This document shows positions 28,117-40,935 of a DNA stretch of 64,000 bases, piece by piece (within the stretch, counting starts at the first letter, position 1; every line of letters begins with the position of its first letter). Source of the DNA: Trichoplax sp. H2 (lineage: Eukaryota); assembly GCA_003344405.1 (NCBI GenBank), contig NOWV01000198.1:1-64000 (forward strand), read 5' to 3'. Below the pieces are notes generated by a model that was not told the DNA's origin, did no database searches, and worked only from the letters and a program-made list of their open reading frames with translations. The translations under genes were made by a program, and so were the position numbers.

Positions 28117-29454
28117 ATGGCTCGCGCTGTCGTTTTACTCATTGCTGCTTTGTGCATCACCAACAGCTTTGCTGCTGTTAATTTTACCTATCATCATTAT
28201 CCTGAAATGATAGCATTTATGCAGCAAACTCAAGCAAAGTATCCCAGTATTACGTATTTATACAATTTAGGCAAAAGCGTACAAAATCGCGATTTGCTAG
28301 TAATTGCTATTGGCGAGCAACCGAATGTACACACGCCTGGACGACCAGAATTCAAATATGTTGGAAATATGCATGGGAATGAAGTTGTTGGACGTGAAAT
28401 GCTCATCCATCTAATCGACCTTCTAGTAGAAGGATACACCAATAACGACGCAGAAATACGAAATCTGCTTAAAACGACAAGAATTCATATTTTACCTTCG
28501 ATGAATCCTGATGGTTTTGAAGCATCCTATGAAGGTAATTGTACTGGTGTTATTGGTCGCCGAAATGCCAATAACGTCGATTTAAATCGAAATTTTCCTG
28601 ATCGTTTCGTTGCAATAAATACACCAATTCAACCTGAAACACAAGCTATCATCACTTGGTTGAAACAGGAACATTTTGTTTTGTCGGCTAATTTACATGG
28701 AGGTACTGTCGTTGCCAATTATCCCTACGATAGTTTGGCACCTTCCGTTACACCCAGAAATACATACAGTATGGCGCCTGATGATGATATTCTTATCCAA
28801 ATTTCTAAAGCTTATTCGGATAATCATGGCTATATGCATATCGGCCGACCAAATTGTTCTAGCAGTCCTAATGAATACTTCGCTGATGGAATCACTAACG
28901 GTGCAGCCTGGTATTCTATTGATGGTGGAATGCAAGACTATAACTATGTTGATTCGGAATGTTTCGAAGTGACTCTTGAAATTAGTTGCTGTAAATATCC
29001 AACAGCAGATCAACTACCCTTTTTTTGGCAAGCTAATAAAAATGCTTTAATGGCGTATATGAAATCAGTTCATATGGGCGTTAAAGGATTTATCTTCGAT
29101 CAAAATCGAGTTGGCATTTCCAACGCTACGATCAATGTCGTTGGTCGAAACTATAGCGTCTCTTCTAGTGTTGCTGGAGACTATTGGCGTCTACTAATCC
29201 AAGGTACCTATTCGCTAACTGTTTCTGCTCCGGGTTACAGAACAGCAACCAAAACTATTACTATTCCAACCAATACTCAAGCAGTTCAAGTGAATTTTAC
29301 GTTACAGAGTGCCGCAACAAGCACCATGAATACTATGGGAACGGCTACAACAAAGGCTTCTACCGTGGGAACAATTAACTCTGCTCTTAATTTACAAGCA
29401 AATTCAGTTTTATCGATGTTCATTATAGCAATAACCGTTTTGATGGCATGGTAA
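28117..29454 (+). CDS. CPM: Carboxypeptidase M-like (M14B), intronless, signal peptide plus predicted GPI-type C-terminus; copy 1
   Basis: 445-aa ORF; EFKYVGNMHGNE, SMNPDG, DLNRNFPD, NLHGG, GGMQDYNY, catalytic E in LEISCCKYP, transthyretin-like domain GDYWRLL, S/T-rich stalk, hydrophobic end. Confidence 0.9.
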   Translation: MARAVVLLIAALCITNSFAAVNFTYHHYPEMIAFMQQTQAKYPSITYLYNLGKSVQNRDLLVIAIGEQPNVHTPGRPEFKYVGNMHGNEVVGREMLIHLIDLLVEGYTNNDAEIRNLLKTTRIHILPSMNPDGFEASYEGNCTGVIGRRNANNVDLNRNFPDRFVAINTPIQPETQAIITWLKQEHFVLSANLHGGTVVANYPYDSLAPSVTPRNTYSMAPDDDILIQISKAYSDNHGYMHIGRPNCSSSPNEYFADGITNGAAWYSIDGGMQDYNYVDSECFEVTLEISCCKYPTADQLPFFWQANKNALMAYMKSVHMGVKGFIFDQNRVGISNATINVVGRNYSVSSSVAGDYWRLLIQGTYSLTVSAPGYRTATKTITIPTNTQAVQVNFTLQSAATSTMNTMGTATTKASTVGTINSALNLQANSVLSMFIIAITVLMAW

Positions 29455-31814
29455 AATATCATATTGTAGTGAGTCCATTTTTTAGTGTAGAAAATGGTAT
29501 CGTATCTGAGATAGATTTGTTATGTATGTAAGAATACAGTAACTTGTTGTACTGCACCTAACGTGTTAGCATAAGATAAGGTAATAAATTACTAAGATAT
29601 AGGTATAATACGCCATTACGGCTATACTATTTAAATGCAGTAAATCCTAAATAAAGGAGACTTTTAGTGAGCTTACTAGGAGGAGTGTATCAAGTCAATC
29701 GTGCTAACGTTAACGACTAAGAGTGGAAACACAACGGATTATTTCTCATGTAATGGACCATCAGTACTTCCAAAACCATGCTACAATTGAAGTTTTTTTA
29801 GGGTTTAAAAGTAAAAGTTATTTACAGCACCGGGTGAAATAGATGACGGGATACTCCCAAGAGTGATTTGTACTCTATCGTGATATCTCTAATAGTATTT
29901 GTACGAGTATTAGTTCAATTCTGTACCCGATCATCCATCACAAGTTGATTGTTATTGATCTTGTATGTCATTAGCGTAGTTACTACCCGCATCAAGTACA
30001 ATAAAATCTGCAAAATAATTGACTTGCTTTATTGTTGAATTTCTGGTCTGGAATGATACAATTTAAAATTCACTTATTCTATTTGGGGCTCTCATCGGTA
30101 TCCTATGCTAATTTATTTGTGAAAAATCCTTCTTAATAGACTCTATAATCAAAGCAATATGAGACTAGTATCATGTTATTATTTCAGAAAAATTGTAAAA
30201 CTTTACTGATCACACGAATTTATACGTTAGAAAGGTGATGTTATTGCCTTTTAACTGTCTATTCTACTTTCGCCTAAATTAATAGAAAGGTTGTGAGTAG
30301 TCGATTCGTTAATGTATCCGATTCAGTAGACTCGGAGCATCATCCGATCGAATCAATCCACACGATTAAATGGATCGAATTTCATCTACCCTAAAATTGG
30401 CTTGTTTGGCTGACCGCATTTTTTAGTTGATTAAAGTTGGTACAGGATATCAGTCACATCATGCTTACCCGCCACCAAGTTCTTTGATGTTGTCAAAACA
30501 ATAATAGATAAACATTGTGCGCTACAATATAGCTATTAATGAACGGGTACTATATTAAAAAGATGAGTTAATTATAGTTTTGTTGTAATTATTCTGCGGC
30601 GATAGTATACTGTAGCTCTATTGTCGCTATTGTAATAAATAACATATTGTAATGCCAGCCACAGAAAATTGCGTCATAAAGGTGGGCAATACACCCATGA
30701 AAGAAGGAACAATAAAGGTTATTAGCCTATCGCCAAAATGCTTGTCAAGTTTATCATAGCTCATACCAACATTTTTTTTCGATTAACATTAACCCAAGAT
30801 TAACTCATGTGTTGATAGTGATTAAATTACTTTGAATCCGACAACATTGCTATTTTGTCGAATTAACATTACTTTATCGTCATCCTACCCGCTCTTGCTT
30901 TTATGACTTTACCTTATCTAGTTAAAGCTCCGGTATCTTTGGAAATTGAAGGAATCCAAAGAAAACTGTTTGTACATGTATTATTGATTGATAGTTTTAT
31001 CGTTTGTAGAAATTAAACATTAAATTACTTCCATTTTTATATTGATGCTATTTTGTTACATCCTAATACTAATACCTTATACGTTATTAGTAACCCAAGT
31101 CGCAATGAAATTCCTACCTTAACAAGCCCAGTTCTCGTACCCTTAGAAATTAGGTGACCTTGTAGTAAGCACTTAAATATCGCTGATACGTATGTGCTTT
31201 ATCGAAATGTATAGTTTTGCTTGATAACGTTCTTATTTCTGCTAGATAAGCACATTTCTAGAGGAACAGCTCAATACTTTGAGAGTTTCTTATTCTATCA
31301 AGTAGTTTTTGGTAATTTAACTATATTTAGTAGTTTGTAATCTGGCTATTTTTCCACTCTAAATGTCCTATGATAATTAATTATGTACATTAAACACTAG
31401 TTCGAAGGCTTCTAATATGCATCCATACTATTCATACTATATGTTCAAAATGTTTAGAGCAGATATTAACTCGTAACTCTTAGTATTCAATATGTCCAGA
31501 AGGGCTATTTGGTTCATATAATTTCTTGAAACATCTTTGGTCTCACCGCCAGAAAGTGAGAGCTGTATTTCTGCACTGACATTAGAAAATAACTACTATG
31601 ACGAGACCATCTTCTATCAACTTTGTAATACACTATAATAGTAGCAATAGCGAAGCAAATTATGAATTAAAAACATCCATTAATATTCATTTAGCAGTGA
31701 TAGATACGGATAGCCAACAAAATAAAATTTACATCATATTCCGTGTTTTAACAATACCTACTACCACATCTTCCATTAACGTTATCGTGGGTTGTAATAG
31801 AAAAAAAATTATAA

Positions 31815-31973
31815 TTATGGCGATGATAAAAATAACATTCGAGTATAACCGTAGCCACCACTGCTTAATCAACACTAATACATGTTGGAATTATGATCAA
31901 TAACATCTATTAGTGTTAGTTAAGTAGTGGTGGCTACAATAATACTCGAATATCATTTTTCTCATCACCATAA
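31815..31973. repeat. Imperfect inverted repeat, ~66-bp arms (foldback/MITE-like)
   Basis: ttatggcgatgataaaaataacattcgagtataaccgtagccaccactgcttaatcaacactaata (31815-31880) matches the reverse complement of 31908-31973 with ~10 mismatches. Confidence 0.9.
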
Positions 31974-32334
31974 CATCTGTGCTATTCTATTTGTTCAAAC
32001 TTAGTGTTTTAAAATACTACCATATAGCTATCGGTAAATAAAATCAACGTAATGCATGAAATTTGTATCTGATTGGTTGTAGATATCTAGAAATTTTTCG
32101 GAAGAATGTAGAAATACCATCGAGATATTGCATAGAATTTTAGAGTTGAACTCGCTAGTTTGTAACTTACAACTAGCCACAACGTCTCTCTTGCAGTATA
32201 CTTCACATGGATAATAAATATTTACGCCTATCACTAAGATATTGAGATAATTTTATGGCCAAAAGATTTTGTTTTTAGTAGCAATGCATTACGACGATAC
32301 ATTGATGCAACGCAGATATAGTTACTCCTTTATG

Positions 32335-32875
32335 TCATCGCATTCGGTTGCCGTTTATTAGAACGGGTAAAATATGATAAAATCGAAACTAAATATAGAC
32401 TTGAAAATTACTCATGAATCAATGCTCTAATATTGATGATATTGTCATTTGTTTGAAAGGATAAAATACGAAGTAATCAAAAATAAAGATAGGCTTGAAA
32501 ATCACTCATTAATTAGTGTCCTTGTATGCAATCAAGTATCTATTCGACAGCACAATATATTATATTTTATCCGAACGTGAATAATGCCATGGATTTAACT
32601 ATGATTGAGATGGAAATAATCTTTAAAACCGCTCATCAATTAATATTTTTTATACGTAAAAGGAATCTATGTCATCGTATTTGGTTGCTCAAAAAGGTAA
32701 AATACGATTGTAACCGAGAAGATAAACTTGAAAATCACTCTTTAATCCACGTCCTTTCAAATAAAATTTTATACGTACGAGTTTTAATACCATCATATTC
32801 GGCTGTCGCCTATCGAAAAGGGTAAAATGCAATGCAATTAAAAATAGAGATTGCCTTGAAATTACTCTTTAATGA
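32335..32875. repeat. Degenerate tandem repeat, ~110-bp unit, ~5 copies
   Basis: Recurring ggtaaaata.gat...cttgaaaatcactc.ttaat cores at ~32366/32400, 32459/32494, 32615, 32696/32727, 32821/32855. Confidence 0.7.
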
Positions 32876-33439
32876 GTCTTTTTTCATTTTTACGCATATC
32901 TATAAATTGATTAACATCATACATATATATATGAAGCCGTGCTACAGGTGAAGATGCAATCAATTCTAACCTCATTATTCTATAGTAAGATATCTCAAGC
33001 CTCTGTTCTTCTACTCGGGTAGAGAATTCAAGTAGGATATCCTACTTGAATGCACAAGATTAAACCTGTTACTCGCTTTTATCATTTCTTCAATACTTCC
33101 ATGGAGATCGATAGGCTCATAATCACATGGATTGGTCCAAACGAAAGAAACAAAAGCTACTAATCCTAAAAAGTTCCATTGCCGGCAGCAAATGTTAACA
33201 TCATCCAACAACAGTGTTACCTTATTCAATCCTCACGACGAGATAAAACCTGTTTAAGTGATCAAAATTGTGCGAATCTCACGCCCATAAGCGGTTAAAT
33301 CATTGTTCTAATGCATTACTACACTTTGGAGTAGTTACTAGCTGAAGCTGGAGATGGTATCGTAGATGGATTAATCTTTCCGTAACGGAAAGATTGATAA
33401 TATTCTCGAGTTTATTGTGAGCTGCAGGCACCGGTACGG

Positions 33440-35635
33440 AGTAATCCAATCGAAATATTGATAAGAATGATGCAAATAGATTTGGACCATGTACATCATT
33501 GAGTCGGAATAGAGATAAAATAATCGATGTAAAAATGACAAGACTTTACAAACGGCAATGATATCAATTCTCTTCGATTCTAATGGTCTTAGCATGATTG
33601 AATCTGCACAAGTAGAACAGAGCTTGTACAATTTAACTGATGCATTTTGCTAACATCGTACCGTCGGAATGTTGCCAATAAATTGCGACTATCTTATAAC
33701 CCAGTTGGATTAAAGCCAAAATAGTCGGTGCAAAAGTAAGCCAAATTTTACAAAAAACAATACTGTCAATTCCTTTCGATTCCAGCCTATGTGTTTGCTG
33801 ATTGTATTAGTAAGAATGATGCAAATAGACTGTGATCATGTTATAACCAAGTTGGAATAGAGGTAAACTCATAAATTAAATTTGAACCTGGCAAAAAGGA
33901 AGAAGCTTTGACGCAAATTTCTATCGATTTTGATTTGGCTGATGCACGTTGTAACTTACGGTGGTCAGTATGTGCATAACTAAGATGAAATAGCGCTTAA
34001 AGCAGTAGACGTAAAAGTGGCAATATTATAAAGTAAGCAGTAATGTCAATTCCCCTCGATTCTAATTTAGCTTACGCATAGAACTTGATTGAAACTGCAA
34101 AGATTAGAGTAGATTATAATTTAGCGGATGCATTTTTTGACTAATTAAGACCGTGAGAATGTTGTAAAGAAACTGCGACCAGATTATAGCCAAGTTGAAT
34201 TACCCGCAGCTTTTAAAATAGTGAATGGAAAGTAGAAAAACTTTATAGTAAACGATGATGTTAATTCCTTCGATTCTAATTTAGTGGATGTATACTGTAG
34301 AATATGATTAAAATTGAATGTTACAGTTAATCATAATTGAACTGATGCATTTTCTGACGTAGTACCGTGAGACTATGATAAAAAGATTGCGACGAAGTTA
34401 TAACTGAGTTGGTATAGCTGTTAAAGTAATCGATGCAAAATAGTAAAATTTTACTGAAAACAATGACCTTAATTCCTTTGATTCTAACTTAATTGATACA
34501 TAGAATAGAGTATGATTAAAACTGCATGGTTAGAGTAAACTATTGTAATTAAACTGCTGGATTATCGAATTACTGTAAGAAGCGAATTGGAATACCTGTT
34601 AAAGTAGTAGATGTAAAAATAGCAAAATCTCACTGAAAACAATAACATCGATTTTCCTCAATGCTGTATTGATTTAATTGATATTTAGAACATGATTGAA
34701 ACTGCACGACTAGAGTAGAATATAATTGAACTACTGATTTATCGACTTACTGTAATAAGCGAACTGGAATAGTTGTTAAAGTAGTAAATGTCAAAATAGC
34801 AAAATTTTACTTAAAACAATAATATTGATTTTCCTCTACACTGATTTATTTGATATATAGAACATGATTAAAATTGCTCGATTAGAGTAGATTATAATCA
34901 AACTGCTATTTATAATTATAATTTACCGACTAAATGCAACAACCGAGTAGGAATAGCTGTTAAAGTATGCTTAGAAGATGTAAAAAAAGCGAAACATTAT
35001 AGTAAACAATCATGTCAAATTCCATCGATTCGAATTTAATTGATGTAGAGATATAATTAATTAAAAGTGTACTATTGCAGTTTATTATAATTGAATTGAT
35101 GACTTGCCGACTTACTGTAATAACCGAATTGGAATATCTGTTAAAGTGGTAGATGTCAATATTGCAAAATTTCACTGAAAACAATGATGTCAATTTCCCT
35201 CGATACAGATTTAGTTGATATATATAGAACGTATTTAAAACCTCGCGATTATAGTAGATTGTAATAGAAATGATACATTTTACCCACGTAGTACCGTGAG
35301 AAGATTGCAAATAGATTGCGACCTGGTTATAACCGAGTTGGAATAGAGATAAAATAATCGATGTAAAATATCGTGATAACAATTGCCTTCGATTCTAGTT
35401 TAATCGACGCATTTGTCGACTTTGTCAAACGATTGTAAGTAGATTGCTACCATATGTATCACCGAGTTGGAATAGGGGCAACATGGCTGATATAAAGTAG
35501 CAAAACTTTACTCCGTAAACAATAATTTCAATTTCTTTCCATTCTAATTTAACGGATACATTTTGCCAACTTGTTAAATTCGTATCGATCGATGATGGCC
35601 TGATTAAAAGTTATAACCCAGTTAGGATAGACTAG
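33440..35635. repeat. Degenerate tandem satellite, ~180-215-bp unit, ~12 copies
   Basis: Recurring ttataaccgagttggaatag...gtagatgtaaaa...aacaatgatgtcaattcc.tcgattctaa...catgattgaaactgca...attagagtagattataat (e.g. ~33500, 33700, 34190, 34405, 34585, 34762, 34945, 35127, 35335). Confidence 0.85.
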
Positions 35636-37278
35636 TTAAGTAGCACTTGTGGTATTATATGGCCATGAATAAGATTGAAGCTTAATTGATAATCATTCCG
35701 ACTCCGATTACCACTCTTGTTGTTATACGTATGTAAATAAACAATTTAAGACATGTAGAAAAAGGTCTCCTCTTCATGACATCATTCTTGCCAAGTCGAA
35801 AGTACTGGTTTCCTTCCATCGCTAGTTAAAGCATGGATTGTATCGACATGATCAGCAGCTGTCAAGAAATACATTTTTCCGAACCAAGTCTATTTTGCAT
35901 GATAACAATGAGAATGAAAGATCAAAATTTAAGGCGCAACAAAAGCATTTATATCAATGGGCCCGTTATTGCATTTCTTATTTCCTATTGATTCCTTCCT
36001 ACTTTTCAAATGGTTATTGTCCATGATTGAAAAAAGATTTGTCTACATTAGGACGCATCTGTTGGTTGGGTGTGATTTTAGCCGAATGGGTGACTGATGG
36101 AAGGCATCCTTTGCTTCGAAGATAAATCAATTTATACTATGGCTATTTCAATAAGACAAGAAAGCGGTTGGATTCAATCGCCATCAAATTCAATTATCTT
36201 TGTAGGTGTAATTAGATAGATTGTTGCTTGTTTAGGACAACCAGACAAAGAAATGAATTACTGATGTGAGGAAAGCATAACTACTGATACCCCTAGAGTG
36301 AAAAATTGCTTTTTGAGAATAGAATTGTATTGATCCTTGATTGTCAATTAAATTGGACCAAAAGTGAACAAAAAAGTGTTGAAATGGAAGAAGAATAGCC
36401 GATAGTCTATCAACAGAAAATCAGCGTATGGAGCGTATATAGGATAATCCATTAACGCCAAAATTGATCGCAATCATCATGATTCATTTTCTAAACATGA
36501 TGACAGCTAATAGCGTTGAACATCGGCCATCATATCGCCTTGAAATTCAACGATAATCAACCTGTCCAATCGGTCATAATCAATTGCATTAGGGTGGCTC
36601 TAAACATAATATTGTTATCCATTAAAAAAGGCAATCACTCCGATTAGGCGTCATCAGATTTATTCTCAAAGAATCGATCAATCATGTCTATGACGTCAGT
36701 TCGCAATCAATACAAAAGCTTTCATTTTAAAGTAAAACCGGCAACCAATGGATAATGATGAAAGGGGATGTAAATAAAATAGATAGATAATTAGTTTGCG
36801 TTCAAGTTATTCGCAATCTTGGATAGATTATCGAGTGAGAAAACTTCCTGGTTATTGTTTCAAGCAATCAAATCGATTGTTGATTAAATAGACAAGAACA
36901 AATACTCCTTCATTATCATCTGATCATATTAGAACAGTTCAAAGTTGAAAGAAAGAAAGAGCATTGGAAAAGAGACAAAAAAAGAAAACAAAACCCGTGT
37001 GCGCGTTGCGGCATTGGCCTGGGGTTACGTAATTTCATTGAAGGAATGGAGATACTAGTCATTGTCACCATGTGCAAAGAGGCATTTTTAATTTATTTCG
37101 TCACATTACAAGCATTCAAAAGGCTAGAATAAATAATTTATAACGTCATATTGCATCATTTGAAAAGGTGAGAGAAAGAGACGGTAAGTGAACAAAAAAA
37201 AATTTTCAATTCCGTCCAAATTACAATTCTGCGTATTTTTCACTCATTTATCCTTCTTTGCCAAAGTAGGACGACATC

Positions 37279-38616
37279 ATGGCTCAATCAGTTCATTTCT
37301 GCTTGATGGTAGCAATAGGCTTATTGATGGCAACATCTAGTAGCGCTATTAACTCCACTTATTTCATGTATCATAATTATACAAGTATGACAGCTTTGCT
37401 GCTAGATCTCAACCAGAAATATTCTCATTTAACCAACTTGTACAGCATTGGTAAATCGGTCGATGGACGCGATCTTAACGTCTTGGCCATTAGTGCTAAT
37501 CCTGATCGACATGTACCGGGCCAGCCTGAATTTAAATATGTCGGCAATATGCATGGCAATGAAGTGATTGGTCGTGAATTGTTATTATATTTGTCTGTCC
37601 ATTTATTGGAAAGTTATGGTACCGATAATGAAATTACTTGGTTGTTAGATAATACTCGAATTCACATTTTGCCTTCTATGAATCCTGACGGTTTCGAAAT
37701 GTCCTATGAAGGCAATTGTACTGGTGTTCTTGGACGATATAATCGCAATGGTGTAGATCTCAATCGTAATTTCCCCGATCAGTATATTCCAGTGAAAAAT
37801 CTATCCCATCCATTACAGCCAGAAACAATTGCAGTCATGCAATGGATACAAAGTTTACCATTTGTTTTATCAGCTAATCTTCACGGTGGAACGGTTGTTA
37901 CTGTCTATCCTTATGATAATCTACCATCCAATTATACCGATCGAACCACGTATAATCGATGTCCTGATGATGAACTCTATCGTACCATTAGCAAAATTTA
38001 TTCCTATGCGCATCCTACCATGCATATCGGCATGCCCAACTGCACTGTGAATGATACCGAGTATTTCAAAGACGGCATTATTAATGGCGCCGCATGGTAT
38101 GCTATTCAAGGAAGCATGCAAGATTATAATTACTTACAATCCAATTGCTTTGAAACCACGATCGAAGTATCGTGTTGCAAATATCCAACTAGTGATCAAT
38201 TACCTCAATTTTGGCAGCGTAATCAAAAATCATTGATTCAATATATTAAAGCAGTTCATATGGGAGTCAAAGGCTTTGTCCTTGATTCTCAAGGCAAGCC
38301 AATTTCCAATGCTACCATTACCGTCCGTGGCAACTCTCATACAGTCATCTCGGCTAAAGATGGCGATTATTGGAGGCTGTTAGTGCAAGGAAAGCATACT
38401 ATCGATGTGACTGCTTCTGGCTATGTTAAAACTACTCAATTAATTGAACTTTCCAGTAATAGCGAGGTGACAGTCGTCAATTTTACTCTACAAGCCGTCA
38501 CAGCAACACAAGCAACTGTTCCAGTGACTGCTTCAACTGGACAGGGTTTTACCATCCAGTCCAATCTCTATCTTATAGCTTTACTTTTGACCTCTTTAGT
38601 CGGTTTTATTTTCTAG
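37279..38616 (+). CDS. CPM: Carboxypeptidase M-like (M14B), intronless CDS; copy 2
   Basis: 445-aa ORF with the same motifs (MHGNE, NLHGG, SMQDYNY, IEVSCCKYP, GDYWRLL), signal peptide and hydrophobic C-terminus; probable 5'UTR intron 37184-37269 (GTAAGT...TAG). Confidence 0.9.
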   Translation: MAQSVHFCLMVAIGLLMATSSSAINSTYFMYHNYTSMTALLLDLNQKYSHLTNLYSIGKSVDGRDLNVLAISANPDRHVPGQPEFKYVGNMHGNEVIGRELLLYLSVHLLESYGTDNEITWLLDNTRIHILPSMNPDGFEMSYEGNCTGVLGRYNRNGVDLNRNFPDQYIPVKNLSHPLQPETIAVMQWIQSLPFVLSANLHGGTVVTVYPYDNLPSNYTDRTTYNRCPDDELYRTISKIYSYAHPTMHIGMPNCTVNDTEYFKDGIINGAAWYAIQGSMQDYNYLQSNCFETTIEVSCCKYPTSDQLPQFWQRNQKSLIQYIKAVHMGVKGFVLDSQGKPISNATITVRGNSHTVISAKDGDYWRLLVQGKHTIDVTASGYVKTTQLIELSSNSEVTVVNFTLQAVTATQATVPVTASTGQGFTIQSNLYLIALLLTSLVGFIF

Positions 38617-39374
38617 TTTAGTGCCATTGCTTCCGAGTAGCCTGCTAGTAGAATGACTCACTTTGCATTGTAGTTAATCTCTTGCTATTTTCCTTCTCTT
38701 GATTTTCAGTCATTGGTTAAGTAAAAATGGAATGCATAAATTGCGTTGAAAAGATGTTTGTCTTAATTGTACTGTAGTTGGGTTCAATTCCGTGCTAATT
38801 TCTCATCTCTATGAGTTTTCTTAGTGTATCCTTCTACACAGGTTCATTTTATTTAATTAAGTTGTTATTCTTGCTGGTGTCAAGAACTACTGATGACTGT
38901 TGATCTTCTACTTAAATATAATGAAATTGATCCCATTTCTTCTTATTGCCTTCGCTTTTAATTTATCATGTTAAACTTCTTGACCTAATGGCGTCAATCA
39001 TCTGACGGCAATGAGTCAGCTCTACTCAGGCACTTTTTCATCGATTGTTCGTTATCCTTATGGTTTTAAGCGTAGTTTAACTCTTTATGTAGGAAATTCT
39101 ACTTCTCTACTTGATAAGCGTAGATAGATTAGTTATGTCGTATTTAATTGAACTACAAAACCTCCTTTAGTGATAGCTTTAGGCATTTTCTTGCTTCTGG
39201 CGATTACACTGTCATGATGTCCTTCTGCGAGTATCATAGTGCTGTTTCTGCTCATTTGTCATCATCCATGATCGGTTGTATACTTCTACCAGACGATTTT
39301 TTAAGCTAATAAAATTCGATAGCTATGACTTTATGCAAGTGGGAAATGTTTGTGAGAATTTTTGTGATTGATGG

Positions 39375-40935
39375 GGTAGTTTTCAAGCCTAGATAAACGA
39401 CGCTGTCAGGGCTAGTAACGCAACTTATGAAGTAATCATTTATAGATAGATACTTCCGTATATTGGAGAATTTTTGAACTGAAAAAAAAATCGCTAGCTA
39501 CGACGCAATGGATAGGGAAGTATCGAAGGAAAGTTTATCGGACGGCTAGTTTGAAAGACTAATTAAACTACTCGTAAGCTATCGCGATTAGCCAGTAATT
39601 AATTAAGGAGATGTGTAAAGAAATCTTTGATACTGGAGGATTTTTGAAGCTATGGTAACAAGAAACGATGGCAATAAACTCACTAGGAAAGAAAGGAAAA
39701 ACCTGCCCAAAATCAGTATATGAGACGGCCAGTTTTGAAGCCTAAGAAAACTATTGCTATCATGATTGGCCAGTAGGGTGATCAGCTGAAGAAGATGGAT
39801 TGATTATGACATACCAAGACTGCCATTTATGAAGAAGATTACTAGAACGGCAGACTAAATTGCTATCGGGTTTTTCTTTGCCTAGGTAGACTGACTTTAA
39901 TAGATTTTGCTGAAATTTGATTTATTAATTATTTATACTTAAATTTTACCTTATACTGTCAATGAATAATCGAGGAGAATCGTTTATTTTAAATACTTTA
40001 CGGAAATGAGCCACCCTAAGTATGTAAACTAGGATTAATCCAAGTTGAAAGCCATCCTTGAGAGAAAATATTTGTATTCATGCTTTTCTGTAGTAAAGGA
40101 AGTTTCTGCTTTAACTGCAAGTAGATTAAATATCCCAGTCTGGAAAGTCGTGCAAGAGATCAGCACAAGTAATGGATCCCCTCCCCTCCACTCGTGATAC
40201 TTGCTTACTTGTGATATGTACTGTAGACTATTTCACTATGTTGTGCTACATTAATTACCGTCATTCGAAAAGAAGAGGAACGATTTTGGCAGACTAAAGG
40301 ATTGACCAAAATTTTGAATGCCTTCATAGGAAGAACATTCTGAACACATGACCTACAGTAAAGCAAGTTACATTATGAACTAGACTAAATAGCCAGCTTT
40401 AAAAAGCTAATAAGACGTCCATACAATTTACAAATCCTGTATTGCCATTTGAAAAGAAAGAGAAATTAACTATTTAAGCAGTCGAACAAATTGATTAATT
40501 AATTGGGCCGCTTTCATCAGAAAAACATTTTATACTTTTGACGAACATCGGGTTTTCTTTTGCGTATGTAGAGTACGATTGATTATAAACTACTAAAAAA
40601 AATACCATGGATTAATCCAAACTTAAATTAAATGTTATCATTGGAAGAACATTTTGTATTTATGACCTCTTACTGTGAAGTATGTTATTTCTAGGGATTA
40701 ACATTTTTAATAGCTACATTGCAGTGGACTAGATAGTCAGTCTGTAAAATCCATGCAAGGCAACTTCTTGAGTTACATTGCAATCACGATCAATACTACC
40801 CTTCAAAATGAAAACAAATCGCAACGGCAAATAAATAGATTATGGCTATCGAGTGCTTCCACTACGATCAAGCGCGCCTTTGATGCTATCATTGCAAGAA
40901 TATCTTCATGAAATTAGTATTCATGACCTTGTACA
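39375..40935. repeat. Two adjacent, highly degenerate tandem arrays (39.4-39.9 kb and 40.0-40.9 kb)
   Basis: First: tttgaagcct...gctatc..gatt.gccagta recurring at ~39380, 39550, 39732. Second: attaatccaa...gaagaacattt.gtatt.atgacct recurring at ~40034, 40301, 40490, 40611, 40890. Confidence 0.55.

Noticed and set aside
28230..29378. Alternative-frame and antisense ORFs within the CPM-like genes (also 37829-38236 and 56484-56708)
   Set aside because: Shadows of the real coding frame
34960..35382. 140-aa ORF on the minus strand
   Set aside because: Lies in the degenerate satellite; frame not conserved in neighbouring units; no ATG start
38705..38800. tRNA-like A box (TGGTTAAG) and B box (GGTTCAATTCC)
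   Set aside because: No T-stem or acceptor-stem pairing; cannot fold a cloverleaf
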